Of a stretch of DNA of 64,000 nucleotides, positions 55,124 to 64,000 are shown one piece after another. The DNA is from Corallococcus exiguus (GTDB lineage Bacteria; Myxococcota; Myxococcia; Myxococcales; Myxococcaceae), in NCBI RefSeq assembly GCF_965139275.1, contig NZ_CBCSLE010000005.1; one strand, 5' to 3'. Each line of letters starts with the position of its first letter. Position 1 is the first letter of the stretch. Below the pieces are notes generated by a model. That model was not told the DNA's origin, searched no databases, and was given only the letters and a program-made list of their open reading frames with translations. The translations under genes were made by a program, and so were the position numbers.

Positions 55124-57880
55124 TCAGTGCCGCTCCGGGGCAGACCGGGCTTGCGCCAGTCCCTCCACCAGGAACAGCCGCGAAAGCGCTTCGTTGTAGC
55201 TGTATGCGTAGGACCTTCCGTCCTCGGAGATCGCCAGCGTCATCACGGAGATGAGGCCCGGCTTGATGCCTCCCGCTGGAAGGGTCAGGTGCGGTGTGCT
55301 CACGCCGGTCTTCACGTCGACCCTGGAGACGCGCACCGGGAGCGAGACGCTTCGCAGATAGAGCGCCGTTCCGCTCGCGTCCCAGCCCGCCACCCATTGA
55401 TCCGTGAACCGGCCGGGGACGGTGCCTTGCGCCTCACCCGTCTGGGAGAACAGGCGGAGGCTTCCCTCCGCGTCCACGGTCGCGAGGCGGAGGCCATCGG
55501 GTGAGATGACCGTGTGGAAGCCCGTGCCTTCCTCCGTGATGGGCCTGGGGGCTCCGGAGCCGGGTTCGAAGACCCAGAGCCGGGCAGGACGTCCCTCTTC
55601 GTGCGCGCGAAGGAGCAACCGCTTCCCATCCGGGAACCAGCGCGCCGTGAGCACCGTGGTGACAGGAGCGAGCGACAGCGACCGAGGCTCGCCCGCGCCC
55701 GTGGGCAGCAGCAGGAACTCCATCTGTTCGCCGTAGCGCACCAGCAGCACCTGCTTGCCGTCCGGAGACAGCGCCATGGGGATGCCGTCGCCCAGGCGGA
55801 TCGGTGGTGCGCCATCGGAGGTGCGCAGATAGGCGCCGTAGGTGGGGCCCTCCACCTCCGCGCCCTCGGTGAAGAGGAAGGTCCGGCCATCGCGGGACAT
55901 GTCCGTCATGAACGACGAGTCCGACCACGTCAGGTCCCGCTCCGTGCCCGCGTGCCCGAACGCCAGCCCCGTGCGGATCATCGGGTGATCCACCAGGACG
56001 GAGCCGTCCTGGGAGATGTCATGCAGCACCATCCGCCCGGCGATCCGATCCACCGGCCGCGTCGTGCCGCGCAGGTCGACCGCGAACAGCTCGGAGTCCG
56101 CGCCTGTACGCGAGGCGGTGAACCACACCTCGCTTCCATCGGGAGACCACGCCAGTCCCCGGATGCTCGCCCAGTCCGACGAAAGCTCGCGGGGCGGACC
56201 GTCCTTCTCCAGCACCCAGACCCCGCCCCGGTCGTCCTTGGGATGCGCATGGAACAGGAAGGCGATCCGCGCTCCGTCGGGGGAGACGCGTGCGTGGCTG
56301 ATCCATCCCTGGGATTCGAAGCGCACCGTGCCGGGGGGCTGCTCCAGCCGGAAGTTCTCGCCCACGCGGCGCACCACCGCGAGCGGTCCATCCGCACGTC
56401 CCCAGTCCGCCTCCAGCACGCCATCGAGCACGGCTCGGGGCGCGCCGCCCGCGAGCGGCATCAAGCCGAGCGTCCCGCTGCCATGCTCGGCGTCGAAGAA
56501 CCGGGGCTCGAGCAGCACCGCCAGCTCCCCCTTCGAGGACGCGGCGAGCACATCCGCGTGCTGCCCCAGCGGTTGTGACAGCGGGCGCTCCGTGCGCGCG
56601 CTGTAGAGCTCCGCGGGTCCTCCCTCCCACGCCGCGCCATAGAGCAACGTGTGTCCGTCCGCGGAGAACCGGGCGTTGAGCACGTGGCCCCGGCGGAACG
56701 TGACGGGGCGGTACGTTGGGCGCGATGACTGCGCCGTTGGCACCGCCACAGTCGCCGTCCGGCGGTCGAACGCCAGGAAGCCAACGACGACGAGCAGCAG
56801 CAGCACAGCCGCCGCGGCCGCCAGCAGGGCAGGGCGTGGGAACACCTGGCGCCGCACGGCCAGGGGCGCACCGCGAGCCGCGATGGACTCCAGGGCGAAG
56901 GCCAGGTCCTGCGCGGACTGGAACCGGTCGCCTGGGTCCTTCGCCAGACAGCGGGCAATCACCGTTCCCAGCTCACCCGGCAGTACGGGTGGAGCATCGC
57001 GGAGCGAGGCGCTCATCCGCTCCACCGGGCTGTCACCGCCAAAGGGAGCCTGACCGCTCACGGCCTCGTAGAGCACCGTGCCGAGCGAGAACACATCCGC
57101 GCGAGCATCCACGCCCTGACCGCGGATCTGCTCCGGAGCCATGTACCCGGCGGTGCCCACCACCGCGCCGCTCTGGGTGAGCGAGGCGTCCTCGGTGTGC
57201 TCGACGCGCTCGGTGAGCCGGGCCAGCCCGAAGTCGAGGATCCTCGCTCCGCCGTTCGCGCACAGGAAGATGTTCGCGGGCTTGAGGTCGCGGTGGATGA
57301 CACCCCGCGTGTGCGCGGCCGCGAGCCCCTGGGACAACTGGATGCCCAGCCGCAGTGCCTGCTCCGGTGGCAGCGGCCCACGCATCAGCCGAGCCCGCAG
57401 GGTGACGCCCTCCAGCCACTCGGTGACGAGGTAGGGCACGTCCTCGTGGGTGCCCACGTCGAACAGCGTGAGCAGGTTGGGATGGGACAGCGCGCCCGCG
57501 GCACGAGCCTCCTGTCGGAAGCGGGCCAGTCGCTCCGGATCCCGGGCGAACCGGACCTGGAGCACCTTCAGCGCCACCTCCCGTCCCAGCCGCCCATCGC
57601 GTGCCCGGTACACGTCCCCCATCGCGCCACTGCCCGCATGGTCGACGATGACGTACGGCCCCACCTGCTCCGCGGGCGCGAACGTGCGGGGTGGAGGCGC
57701 CGCTTCCACGAACCGGCCCTCCGCGTGCCACGTCGCCGCGACGGCCGCGAGCAGCGACCCACAGGCGTCGCAGCGGGACAGGTGTGCCTCCGCGAGGGCG
57801 CGCTGCTCGTGCGGCAGGCGGTCCTCCACGAAGGCGAGAATCGTTTCCTCGGAGGGACATCCCGACATGGTGGGATGCAA
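55124..57880 (-). CDS. zf-HC2 (anti-sigma-like) N-terminus :: Ser/Thr protein kinase :: TM :: TolB/WD40-like beta-propeller fusion
   Basis: N-terminus LAEAHLSRCDACGSLL (H-x3-C-x2-C). Kinase motifs VALKVL, HRDLKPANIFL, DFGLA, APE. Hydrophobic TM (LLAAAAAVLLLLVVVGFLAF). C-terminal repeats with DGxxL/SPDG propeller blades. Confidence 0.8.
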   Translation of the reverse strand: MHPTMSGCPSEETILAFVEDRLPHEQRALAEAHLSRCDACGSLLAAVAATWHAEGRFVEAAPPPRTFAPAEQVGPYVIVDHAGSGAMGDVYRARDGRLGREVALKVLQVRFARDPERLARFRQEARAAGALSHPNLLTLFDVGTHEDVPYLVTEWLEGVTLRARLMRGPLPPEQALRLGIQLSQGLAAAHTRGVIHRDLKPANIFLCANGGARILDFGLARLTERVEHTEDASLTQSGAVVGTAGYMAPEQIRGQGVDARADVFSLGTVLYEAVSGQAPFGGDSPVERMSASLRDAPPVLPGELGTVIARCLAKDPGDRFQSAQDLAFALESIAARGAPLAVRRQVFPRPALLAAAAAVLLLLVVVGFLAFDRRTATVAVPTAQSSRPTYRPVTFRRGHVLNARFSADGHTLLYGAAWEGGPAELYSARTERPLSQPLGQHADVLAASSKGELAVLLEPRFFDAEHGSGTLGLMPLAGGAPRAVLDGVLEADWGRADGPLAVVRRVGENFRLEQPPGTVRFESQGWISHARVSPDGARIAFLFHAHPKDDRGGVWVLEKDGPPRELSSDWASIRGLAWSPDGSEVWFTASRTGADSELFAVDLRGTTRPVDRIAGRMVLHDISQDGSVLVDHPMIRTGLAFGHAGTERDLTWSDSSFMTDMSRDGRTFLFTEGAEVEGPTYGAYLRTSDGAPPIRLGDGIPMALSPDGKQVLLVRYGEQMEFLLLPTGAGEPRSLSLAPVTTVLTARWFPDGKRLLLRAHEEGRPARLWVFEPGSGAPRPITEEGTGFHTVISPDGLRLATVDAEGSLRLFSQTGEAQGTVPGRFTDQWVAGWDASGTALYLRSVSLPVRVSRVDVKTGVSTPHLTLPAGGIKPGLISVMTLAISEDGRSYAYSYNEALSRLFLVEGLAQARSAPERH

Positions 57881-57898
57881 CTCTAGGAGCGTTCGCGC

Positions 57899-58861
57899 TC
57901 AGGGCAGAAGAGGGGGGACCGCGACCCGGTACGCGCGGAAGGGCAGGGCCGGGGTCCCCGGCGTGCCGAAGAAGAACCCCATCTGCGACTCCAGCACCCA
58001 CGCGCCGTCCTTCGTGATCGCGGCGGCGGTCGGCTCCACGAAGCCGTTGGCGAGCACCTCCTTCGCGCCAGCGCCTTCACCCAGCGTCACCAGCGAAGCC
58101 CGCCCCACCGTGTTCTCCACGACGAACAGCCGGCCCGAATCCACCCACTCGACCCCGTCCGGCGTCTCCAGCGCCGGCGTCACCGGGATGTTCACGGGCG
58201 CCGCCGCGCTGCCATCCGGCTGGATATCGATGGAGAACAGCGCGCCCGTGTCGCTCTTCACGACGTAGAGCCGGTTCGCCCCGTCGTAGGCGATGCCGTT
58301 GAGCGTGATGAGGCCCGGCTCGGAGGGCTCGTACGCGGCATCCGAGGACCACGTGTCGAGCGCCGTCCCACCCACGGCCAGCCGGAAGACCGCGTTCCCG
58401 AACGAGTCCGTCACGTACACGTTGCCCGCGGCATCGACGGCGACGTCGTTGCAGAAGCTGACCTGGCTGGGCATGGCATGGCTGGCCTTCAGGGCACCCG
58501 TGGAGAGCGCATACCCGTTCAGGTACGAGGCCTGCGCGGGCAGCAGCAGGTCGTCGTAGGTGCAGGCCCAGAGCGTGTCGTGGGCCTCATCCACCTCGAG
58601 CCCGTAGACGCCGAATGAGGCCCGGCCCGGGACGAAGACCTCGGCCCCCAGCGAGCCCGGCTTGACGCGCGCGATGGCGCCGGTGCCCAGGCTGCCCGCG
58701 TAGAGCGTGCCGTCCTTCGAGGCCGCGATGCCCTCTGGAAAGAAGGCCTCGCCGGGCCACTGCACCTCGGTGGGGATGGAGGGGGCATCGTCGGGGAACG
58801 GCTCGCAGGCGGAGACGGTGGCGGCGAGGGTGACGACGGACAGCCAGGAAGAGACGCGCAT
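57899..58861 (-). CDS. Lipoprotein with six-bladed beta-propeller (SGL/NHL-like) fold
   Basis: Signal peptide plus lipobox (VVTLAATVSAC). Repeated YxxD.xG.lYV motifs (LYAGSLGTG, VYVTDSFGNAVF, LYVVKSDTGALFSID). Confidence 0.5.
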   Translation of the reverse strand: MRVSSWLSVVTLAATVSACEPFPDDAPSIPTEVQWPGEAFFPEGIAASKDGTLYAGSLGTGAIARVKPGSLGAEVFVPGRASFGVYGLEVDEAHDTLWACTYDDLLLPAQASYLNGYALSTGALKASHAMPSQVSFCNDVAVDAAGNVYVTDSFGNAVFRLAVGGTALDTWSSDAAYEPSEPGLITLNGIAYDGANRLYVVKSDTGALFSIDIQPDGSAAAPVNIPVTPALETPDGVEWVDSGRLFVVENTVGRASLVTLGEGAGAKEVLANGFVEPTAAAITKDGAWVLESQMGFFFGTPGTPALPFRAYRVAVPPLLP

Positions 58862-58937
58862 GGGGCTTCCTCGGTGAGGCCCGGAAGGGGCCTTTCGACG
58901 CCCTGACACCGGCCGGGAAAAACCTTGCAGCGAAAGT

Positions 58938-59927
58938 TCAGCCCCCCGGACCGAGCAGCCGCGTCAGGCTGAGGTCCACCTGGCTCACGACCAGCGCCGC
59001 GATGCTGTCCACCGAGGACGCACCCACCCCCAGGCGTTCGCACAGCCGCCGCGTCGTGGTCTCCGCCACCTGCTCACGCGCGCGGCTGAGCCAACGTGAG
59101 ACAGTGGACATGTGCACGCGGTAGAGCGCCGCGATGGCGTCCAGGGACAGCGCCTCCACGTGATACAGGCGCATCAGCGTGCGGTCCCGGTCGGACAGCT
59201 CACCCAGCGCCGTGCGCACGGCCTCCGTGAAGGCCTCGCGGTATCGCGAGCGCAGGTGTTCGAGCTCCGGCCCCAGCTGTTCACCGAACGCGGACTCAAC
59301 GGAGTCCTGCGCGGCGGTGTCGGCCCGGGCCTCGGAGCGCTTGAGGTTGAGCGCGATGCGCAGCGCCGCCACCCGCACCCATCCCCCCAGCGCGCCGCCG
59401 CCGGTGAACTCCGAAATCTTCGGCTCACAGCCAGCGGCCGCCGTGAACAGCTTCTCCCGGAGCACCTGCCGCACCTCCGCGACGAAAGCGGGCGAGCGGT
59501 CCACGCCGGACACGAACGCGCCGACATCGCGCAGGTAGCCGTCCTCGAAGAACTGGAGCGCGGCGCGGTCGTGCCGCAGGCACCCGAAGGCCAGATACAA
59601 CTCCGAGAAGGCAGGCGAGGCCCCTTCGAGCGCCTCCAGCAGCCCCTTCGGAGACGTCAATCGCTCAGCGACGAACACCACGAAGGCGAGCGCCTCCAGC
59701 TCCAGTCCGGGCCAGCGCGACCGGGCGCGCTCGAGCGACGCGCGGAGCAGCTCCTCCAAGCGCGAGGGCTCCGCAAGCGAAGCAGGCGCGTGGCCAGGAG
59801 CCGCGAGAAAGGCGGAGGCCAAAGGAGTGGGAGCCGGGGACACGCCTGGGACGCTACCACCCCCACCGGGCGGACGAAGGCCACCGCCCGCCCGAGCCCA
59901 CGTTGCTCGTGACCCCCGGAGTTCCAC
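58938..59927 (-). CDS. ECF-type sigma-70 family sigma factor (start uncertain)
   Basis: Region 2-like [24 protein letters not shown]. Region 4 [31 protein letters not shown]. The N-terminal approx 60 aa of the listed ORF is low complexity and may not be translated. Confidence 0.6.
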   Translation of the reverse strand: MELRGSRATWARAGGGLRPPGGGGSVPGVSPAPTPLASAFLAAPGHAPASLAEPSRLEELLRASLERARSRWPGLELEALAFVVFVAERLTSPKGLLEALEGASPAFSELYLAFGCLRHDRAALQFFEDGYLRDVGAFVSGVDRSPAFVAEVRQVLREKLFTAAAGCEPKISEFTGGGALGGWVRVAALRIALNLKRSEARADTAAQDSVESAFGEQLGPELEHLRSRYREAFTEAVRTALGELSDRDRTLMRLYHVEALSLDAIAALYRVHMSTVSRWLSRAREQVAETTTRRLCERLGVGASSVDSIAALVVSQVDLSLTRLLGPGG

Positions 59928-59970
59928 CGGCGAGAATGCCGGAGCGGTTCACTTGCCAGAGGACACTGCC

Positions 59971-61059
59971 ATGCGCGTCATCAACTTCAATCCCGGCCCG
60001 GCCGGTCTTCCCACGGCAGCGCTGGAGCGGGCCCGGGACGAGCTGCTCGACTTCCAGGGCACGGGGATGTCGATCATCGAGCACAGCCACCGGGGCAAGG
60101 CGTTCGAGGCCGTCCACAACGAGACCCTCGCCCTCGTGAAGGAGCTGCTGGCGGTTCCGGACACCCACGAGATCCTCTTCCTCCAGGGCGGCGCCTCGCA
60201 GCAGTTCGCGCAGGTGCCCATGAACTTCATGCCCCAGGGCGGCTCCGCGGACTACGTGGTGACGGGAGGCTGGAGCGAGAAGGCGGTGGACGAGACGCGC
60301 TACTACGGCACGCCGCGCATCGCCGCGAACACGGTGGACAAGGACAAGCGCTTCACGCGAGTCCCCACCCAGGCCGAGCTCCAGTTGGATCCGAAGGCCG
60401 CCTACGTCCACATGACGAGCAACAACACGCTCTTCGGGACGCAATGGCACACGTTCCCGGACGTGGGTCAGGTGCCGCTGGTGGCGGACATGAGCTCCGA
60501 CATCCTGTGGAAGCCCATCGACGTGAGCCGCTTCGCGCTCATCTACGCCGGAGCCCAGAAGAACATCGGGCCGTCAGGCATCGTCCTGGTGCTGGTGGAG
60601 AAGTCCTTCATGGCGAAGGGCCGCAAGGACATCCCGAAGATCTTCCGCTACACGACCTACGCGGAGAACAACTCGCTCTACAACACGCCCCCGACCTTCT
60701 CCATCTACCTCTGCCGCAACGTGCTCTCGTGGATCAAGGGCGTGGGCGGCCTGAAGCAGGTGGAGGCCTGGAACCGCGAGAAGGGCGACCTGCTGTACAC
60801 GGCCATCGACCGCAACGCGGGCTTCTACCGGGCCCCGGTGGAGAAGGCGTCGCGCTCGTACATGAACGTCGTGTTCCGCCTGCCGGATGAAAAGCTGGAA
60901 GAGGCCTTCGTGGCCGAAGGCGCCAAGGCCGGCATGGTGGGCATGAAGGGCCACCGCATCACGGGCGGCATCCGCGTGTCGCTGTACAACGCGGTGACCG
61001 TGGATCACGTGAAGACGCTCGTCTCATTCATGGACGACTTCGCGAAGCGCAACGGATAG
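59971..61059 (+). CDS. serC: Phosphoserine aminotransferase
   Basis: [14 protein letters not shown]...[10 protein letters not shown]...NTLFGTQW...[11 protein letters not shown] is a full-length SerC signature. 362 aa. Confidence 0.9.
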   Translation: MRVINFNPGPAGLPTAALERARDELLDFQGTGMSIIEHSHRGKAFEAVHNETLALVKELLAVPDTHEILFLQGGASQQFAQVPMNFMPQGGSADYVVTGGWSEKAVDETRYYGTPRIAANTVDKDKRFTRVPTQAELQLDPKAAYVHMTSNNTLFGTQWHTFPDVGQVPLVADMSSDILWKPIDVSRFALIYAGAQKNIGPSGIVLVLVEKSFMAKGRKDIPKIFRYTTYAENNSLYNTPPTFSIYLCRNVLSWIKGVGGLKQVEAWNREKGDLLYTAIDRNAGFYRAPVEKASRSYMNVVFRLPDEKLEEAFVAEGAKAGMVGMKGHRITGGIRVSLYNAVTVDHVKTLVSFMDDFAKRNG

Positions 61060-61075
61060 CTCGCTCACCGGTCCA

Positions 61076-61098
61076 CGTGTCTCAATTCGAGACACGTT
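61076..61098 (+). terminator. Intrinsic terminator-like hairpin (ACGTGTCTC-aattc-GAGACACGT) followed by T-rich tract, downstream of serC
   Basis: 9-bp perfect stem, 5-nt loop. Followed by tgtgtttgattgtattg. Confidence 0.4.
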
Positions 61099-61130
61099 CC
61101 GGTGAAGTTGCTCCCTGTGGCTGTGTTTGA

Positions 61131-61889
61131 TTGTATTGCCCAATGACTCCCACAGGGGCGAAGCGACTCTTCCGGGCCGTGGTGCCCGACGGCATCTATC
61201 AGTGGCTGTCTCATCACAAACGCCAGGTCTCCAGGGGGCGGGTGCGGTGGGGCAGCCTGGGCCGGCAGACGCCCATTGGCACGCACTGGGGGCACGACCG
61301 CGGTCAGCCCATTGATCGCTATTACATCGAGCGCTTCCTGGCGCGGCACGCGGCTGACGTCCAGGGCCGAACGCTGGAGGTCGGGGACGCGCGCTACACG
61401 CGGCGGTTCGGCGCCAGCCGCGTCACCCGCTCCGACATCCTCCACGCGCTTCCTGGGAACCCGGAAGCCACCTTCGTGGGAGACATCGCCCACGCGGTCG
61501 ACATCCCCTCGGATGCGTTCGACTGCGTCCTCTTCACCCAGGTGCTGCAGTACGTCTTCGATGTCCAGGCCGCAGTGCGGGAACTGCACCGCATCCTCCA
61601 GCCTGGCGGCGTGGCGCTGCTGACCGTGCCCGGCATCATCAAGGTGGACTGGGGCGCGATGGAGCAGTGGCCGGACTGCTGGCGGTTCACCTCCCGCTCC
61701 GTCCACCGCCTCTTTGAGCAGTCCTTCGGCCCCGGCAACGTGCGGGTGGAGTCCTTCGGGAACGTCCGCGCCGCGGTCGCGACCCTGCACGGCCTGGCCC
61801 GGGAGGACCTGCGAACCGCCGACCTCGACGTGCATGACCCCCACTACGAAGTCGTCATCGGCGTCCGCGCCGTGAAGTCCCGGGGCTGA
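61131..61889 (+). CDS. Class I SAM-dependent methyltransferase
   Basis: RTLEVGDARYTRRFG (motif I-like) ... CVLFTQVLQYV...LQPGGVALLTVP. The start may be the downstream Met at 61143. Confidence 0.6.
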   Translation: MYCPMTPTGAKRLFRAVVPDGIYQWLSHHKRQVSRGRVRWGSLGRQTPIGTHWGHDRGQPIDRYYIERFLARHAADVQGRTLEVGDARYTRRFGASRVTRSDILHALPGNPEATFVGDIAHAVDIPSDAFDCVLFTQVLQYVFDVQAAVRELHRILQPGGVALLTVPGIIKVDWGAMEQWPDCWRFTSRSVHRLFEQSFGPGNVRVESFGNVRAAVATLHGLAREDLRTADLDVHDPHYEVVIGVRAVKSRG

Positions 61890-61943
61890 GCCACCGCGTC
61901 GGCCCACGCGCTACGGCATACGGGCTGCAATGGTCAGGGGTGC

Positions 61944-63446
61944 ATGGCCCCTGAGAGATCGCTCCTGAGGATGAGCGTCGACGTGCTCGCGTCGTGCGCT
62001 CGGCACGTGGTGCAGATCGTGACGGGGCTGGCGACGGTCGCGCTGGTGGTGCGTCTGCTCGGTCCGGAGAGCCTCGGCGCCTGGGGCGTCCTTGGCACGA
62101 CGGGCTTCCTCCTCGGGTTGTCGGACCTGGGCCTCAGCATCGCCGTCCAACGCACGGCGGCCAGACCGGACGATGCCGCCACGCGCCAGCTCATCCGCCT
62201 CACGCTGCTGGTGGTGACGCTCGTCTGTCCCTGTCTCTGCGTCTGTGCGTACGTGTTCTTCCTCCACCTCCCGTCCGCGTCCGAAGCGCTGCGGGCGGAC
62301 GTGGCCCGCGCCGCGCTTCCGGTCCTCTCGGCAGGACTCGCGGGCTCGCTGGCGGCACCGTTGCGTGCGTTCCTGCTGATGCGGGGCGCCAACACCTCGC
62401 TCGCCTGGGCGCGCGCCATCGGAGCCGCGAGCCAGATTGCGTTGACGGCGGCGGTGCTCGGCACCACGCGCTCGTTGCTGGGGCCGGCGCTGGGGCTGTT
62501 CGCGGGAGGCACGCTGGAGCTCCTGCTCCTAGCGGCGGTGTCCAGGCGCATCGACCCGCACCTCTCGCTGCGTCCTGGATGGCCGGCGGATCCGGCCCAG
62601 GTGCGCAGCGCGTTCCGGCAGGGCGCCGCGGCCCTGGCCATGAACGTGGGCATCGCGGCGGCGGTCCGCGCGGATGTCCTCATCCTGACCCGCTCCGCGT
62701 CCCTGAGTTCGGTGGGCGCGTATCAGGTGGCCTCCCGCGCCGTGGAGCAGATCCTCGCCTTCGCGAAGCAAGCGGGCGGATGGCTCATCCATCGCCTCGG
62801 AGATGCCCGGCACCGCTCCAGCGCGCTTCGCCTTGGCACGGCCCTTCTGGGCGGCCTGGCCTCCAGCGGTGTCATCGCGCTGGCCCTGGATGGCACCGCC
62901 CTGCTGGAGGCCTGGGTGGGCGCGCTCGCGCACGACTCCGTCACCATGCTCGCGGTCGTCCTCCTGGGCACCGCGGCGGTCATCGCGGCCGCCGAGGAGA
63001 GCGCGTCCTCGGCCCTGGCCGTGAGCGGTGAGACGCCGTGGCACCTGACCCACCCGGTGCTCATCGGCCACGCGCTGAACGTCGCCGTCTCCATGGCTGG
63101 GGTGCGGTACGCCGGTGCGTGGGCCGTCGCCGGGGGCACCGTCCTCGGAAACGGGGTCATCGCCGTGCTCGTCTGGCGCAAGGTCCGCGCCCTGGTCCAG
63201 TGGACCGTCCGGGAGGTGCTCTGGGCACTGGCCCCGGTCGGAGCCGCGGGCCTCGTGTCGTTCGTCGTGGGCTGGGGGCTCGCGCCGTTCGCCTCGCGGG
63301 GTCCGCTGGGGAGCGCCTGCGTCTGCGCGCTCGTCACGCTGCTGGGGACCGGGATGGCGCTGCTCGTCTGGTGGCGGCGGGATGCACGCCTCGCGGCGGC
63401 GGCATCCACTCCGGTGGGCGGCGCGGTGCCGACGTACGCGCCCTGA
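61944..63446 (+). CDS. Polytopic membrane protein, Wzx/MOP-flippase-like (polysaccharide biosynthesis protein family)
   Basis: About 12 predicted TM helices with Ala/Leu/Gly-rich composition. Genomic context with WecB/TagA glycosyltransferase and methyltransferase. Confidence 0.5.
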   Translation: MAPERSLLRMSVDVLASCARHVVQIVTGLATVALVVRLLGPESLGAWGVLGTTGFLLGLSDLGLSIAVQRTAARPDDAATRQLIRLTLLVVTLVCPCLCVCAYVFFLHLPSASEALRADVARAALPVLSAGLAGSLAAPLRAFLLMRGANTSLAWARAIGAASQIALTAAVLGTTRSLLGPALGLFAGGTLELLLLAAVSRRIDPHLSLRPGWPADPAQVRSAFRQGAAALAMNVGIAAAVRADVLILTRSASLSSVGAYQVASRAVEQILAFAKQAGGWLIHRLGDARHRSSALRLGTALLGGLASSGVIALALDGTALLEAWVGALAHDSVTMLAVVLLGTAAVIAAAEESASSALAVSGETPWHLTHPVLIGHALNVAVSMAGVRYAGAWAVAGGTVLGNGVIAVLVWRKVRALVQWTVREVLWALAPVGAAGLVSFVVGWGLAPFASRGPLGSACVCALVTLLGTGMALLVWWRRDARLAAAASTPVGGAVPTYAP

Positions 63447-63449
63447 GGA

Positions 63450-64000
63450 CTACCGCAGCTTCTGCCAGAGGATGCGGAGCAGGAAGAGCGGATTGCCCAG
63501 CAGGTAGCGGACGGCCATCCGGCGGGGCTCCTGGAGCAGGCGATACATCCACTCCAAGCCCAGCTCACGCCAGGCGATGGGCGCGCGTTGGATCCGGCCC
63601 GAGTAGAAGTCGAACAGCCCTCCCACCGTGAGGATGACGGCCTGCGCGGCCCCGGAGAGGTACTCGCGCGCCCACAGCTCCTGCCGGGGGCTGCCCATGC
63701 CCACCAGCACCAGGCAGGGGCCCAGCCGCGAGATGGACTCCGCCAGCGCGCGGGAGCCAGCGGCGGTGAGGAAGCCGTGCGAGACGATGGGGAGCTCCAG
63801 GCCCGGGTGGGCCCTTCGCAGGTTCTCCGCGCAGGCCTCCGCCACGCCGGGGGCCGCCCCCACCAGCACCACGGGCCAGCCTCGCGCGGGTGCGTGCTTG
63901 CAGAGCAGCGGCAACAGGTCCGTGCCGTTGAGGTTGTGGCGCATGGCCACGCCGAGCAGCGCCGCGCCCACCCGGATGCCAATGCCATCCGGAAGCACCA
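63450..64000 (-). CDS. WecB/TagA/CpsF-family glycosyltransferase, partial (N-terminus beyond window end)
   Basis: C-terminal signature GxPRQE.W (LVGMGSPRQELW) and YRLLQEPRRMAVRYLLGNP are typical of Glyco_tran_WecB. Confidence 0.65.
   Translation of the reverse strand, partial: VLPDGIGIRVGAALLGVAMRHNLNGTDLLPLLCKHAPARGWPVVLVGAAPGVAEACAENLRRAHPGLELPIVSHGFLTAAGSRALAESISRLGPCLVLVGMGSPRQELWAREYLSGAAQAVILTVGGLFDFYSGRIQRAPIAWRELGLEWMYRLLQEPRRMAVRYLLGNPLFLLRILWQKLR

Overview
High-GC (about 70%) myxobacteria-like chromosomal window. The core is a large phage-tail-like contractile injection system (eCIS/Afp/PVC-type) locus spanning roughly 5.4-53.8 kb, built as two convergent operons. The plus-strand operon (5407-40335) runs: unknown 652-aa leader protein, long 775-aa sheath, two gp19-like tube proteins, Cys4 protein, small proteins, tube-like adaptor, LysM/gpX-like protein, gpD-like hub, gp25/gpW wedge, two tandem Baseplate_J (gp6/gp7-like) paralogs, gpI-like protein fused to a Kelch-type propeller, 2535-aa beta-helix fibre-like giant, gpV/gp5 spike flanked by tiny ORFs, helical tape-measure candidate, and four trailing orphan genes that are candidate cargo. 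The minus-strand operon (53774-40545) runs: CDC48-like AAA+ ATPase (Afp15-like), 2670-aa giant with four annexin repeats plus a TM block plus a C-terminal HExxH motif (candidate effector), Cys4 zinc-ribbon protein, 256-aa unknown, and a HEAT + formylglycine-generating-enzyme (FGE)-domain protein. No integrase, capsid, terminase, lysis genes, TssB/C or ClpV are present, so this is not a prophage and not a classical T6SS. A perfect 21-bp palindrome (CCTGTCCGACAGTCGGACAGG) occurs three times, exactly at module boundaries. Flanking housekeeping/signalling genes: PAS histidine kinase, DUF1622, signal-peptide OMP-like protein, partial adenylate-forming-like gene, flavin reductase, Fe/Mn superoxide dismutase, a zf-HC2-anti-sigma::Ser/Thr-kinase::TolB-propeller fusion downstream of an ECF sigma factor, serC, a SAM methyltransferase, a Wzx-like flippase and a partial WecB/TagA glycosyltransferase. 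Many long antisense ORFs in the six-frame track are GC-driven shadow ORFs and were rejected.
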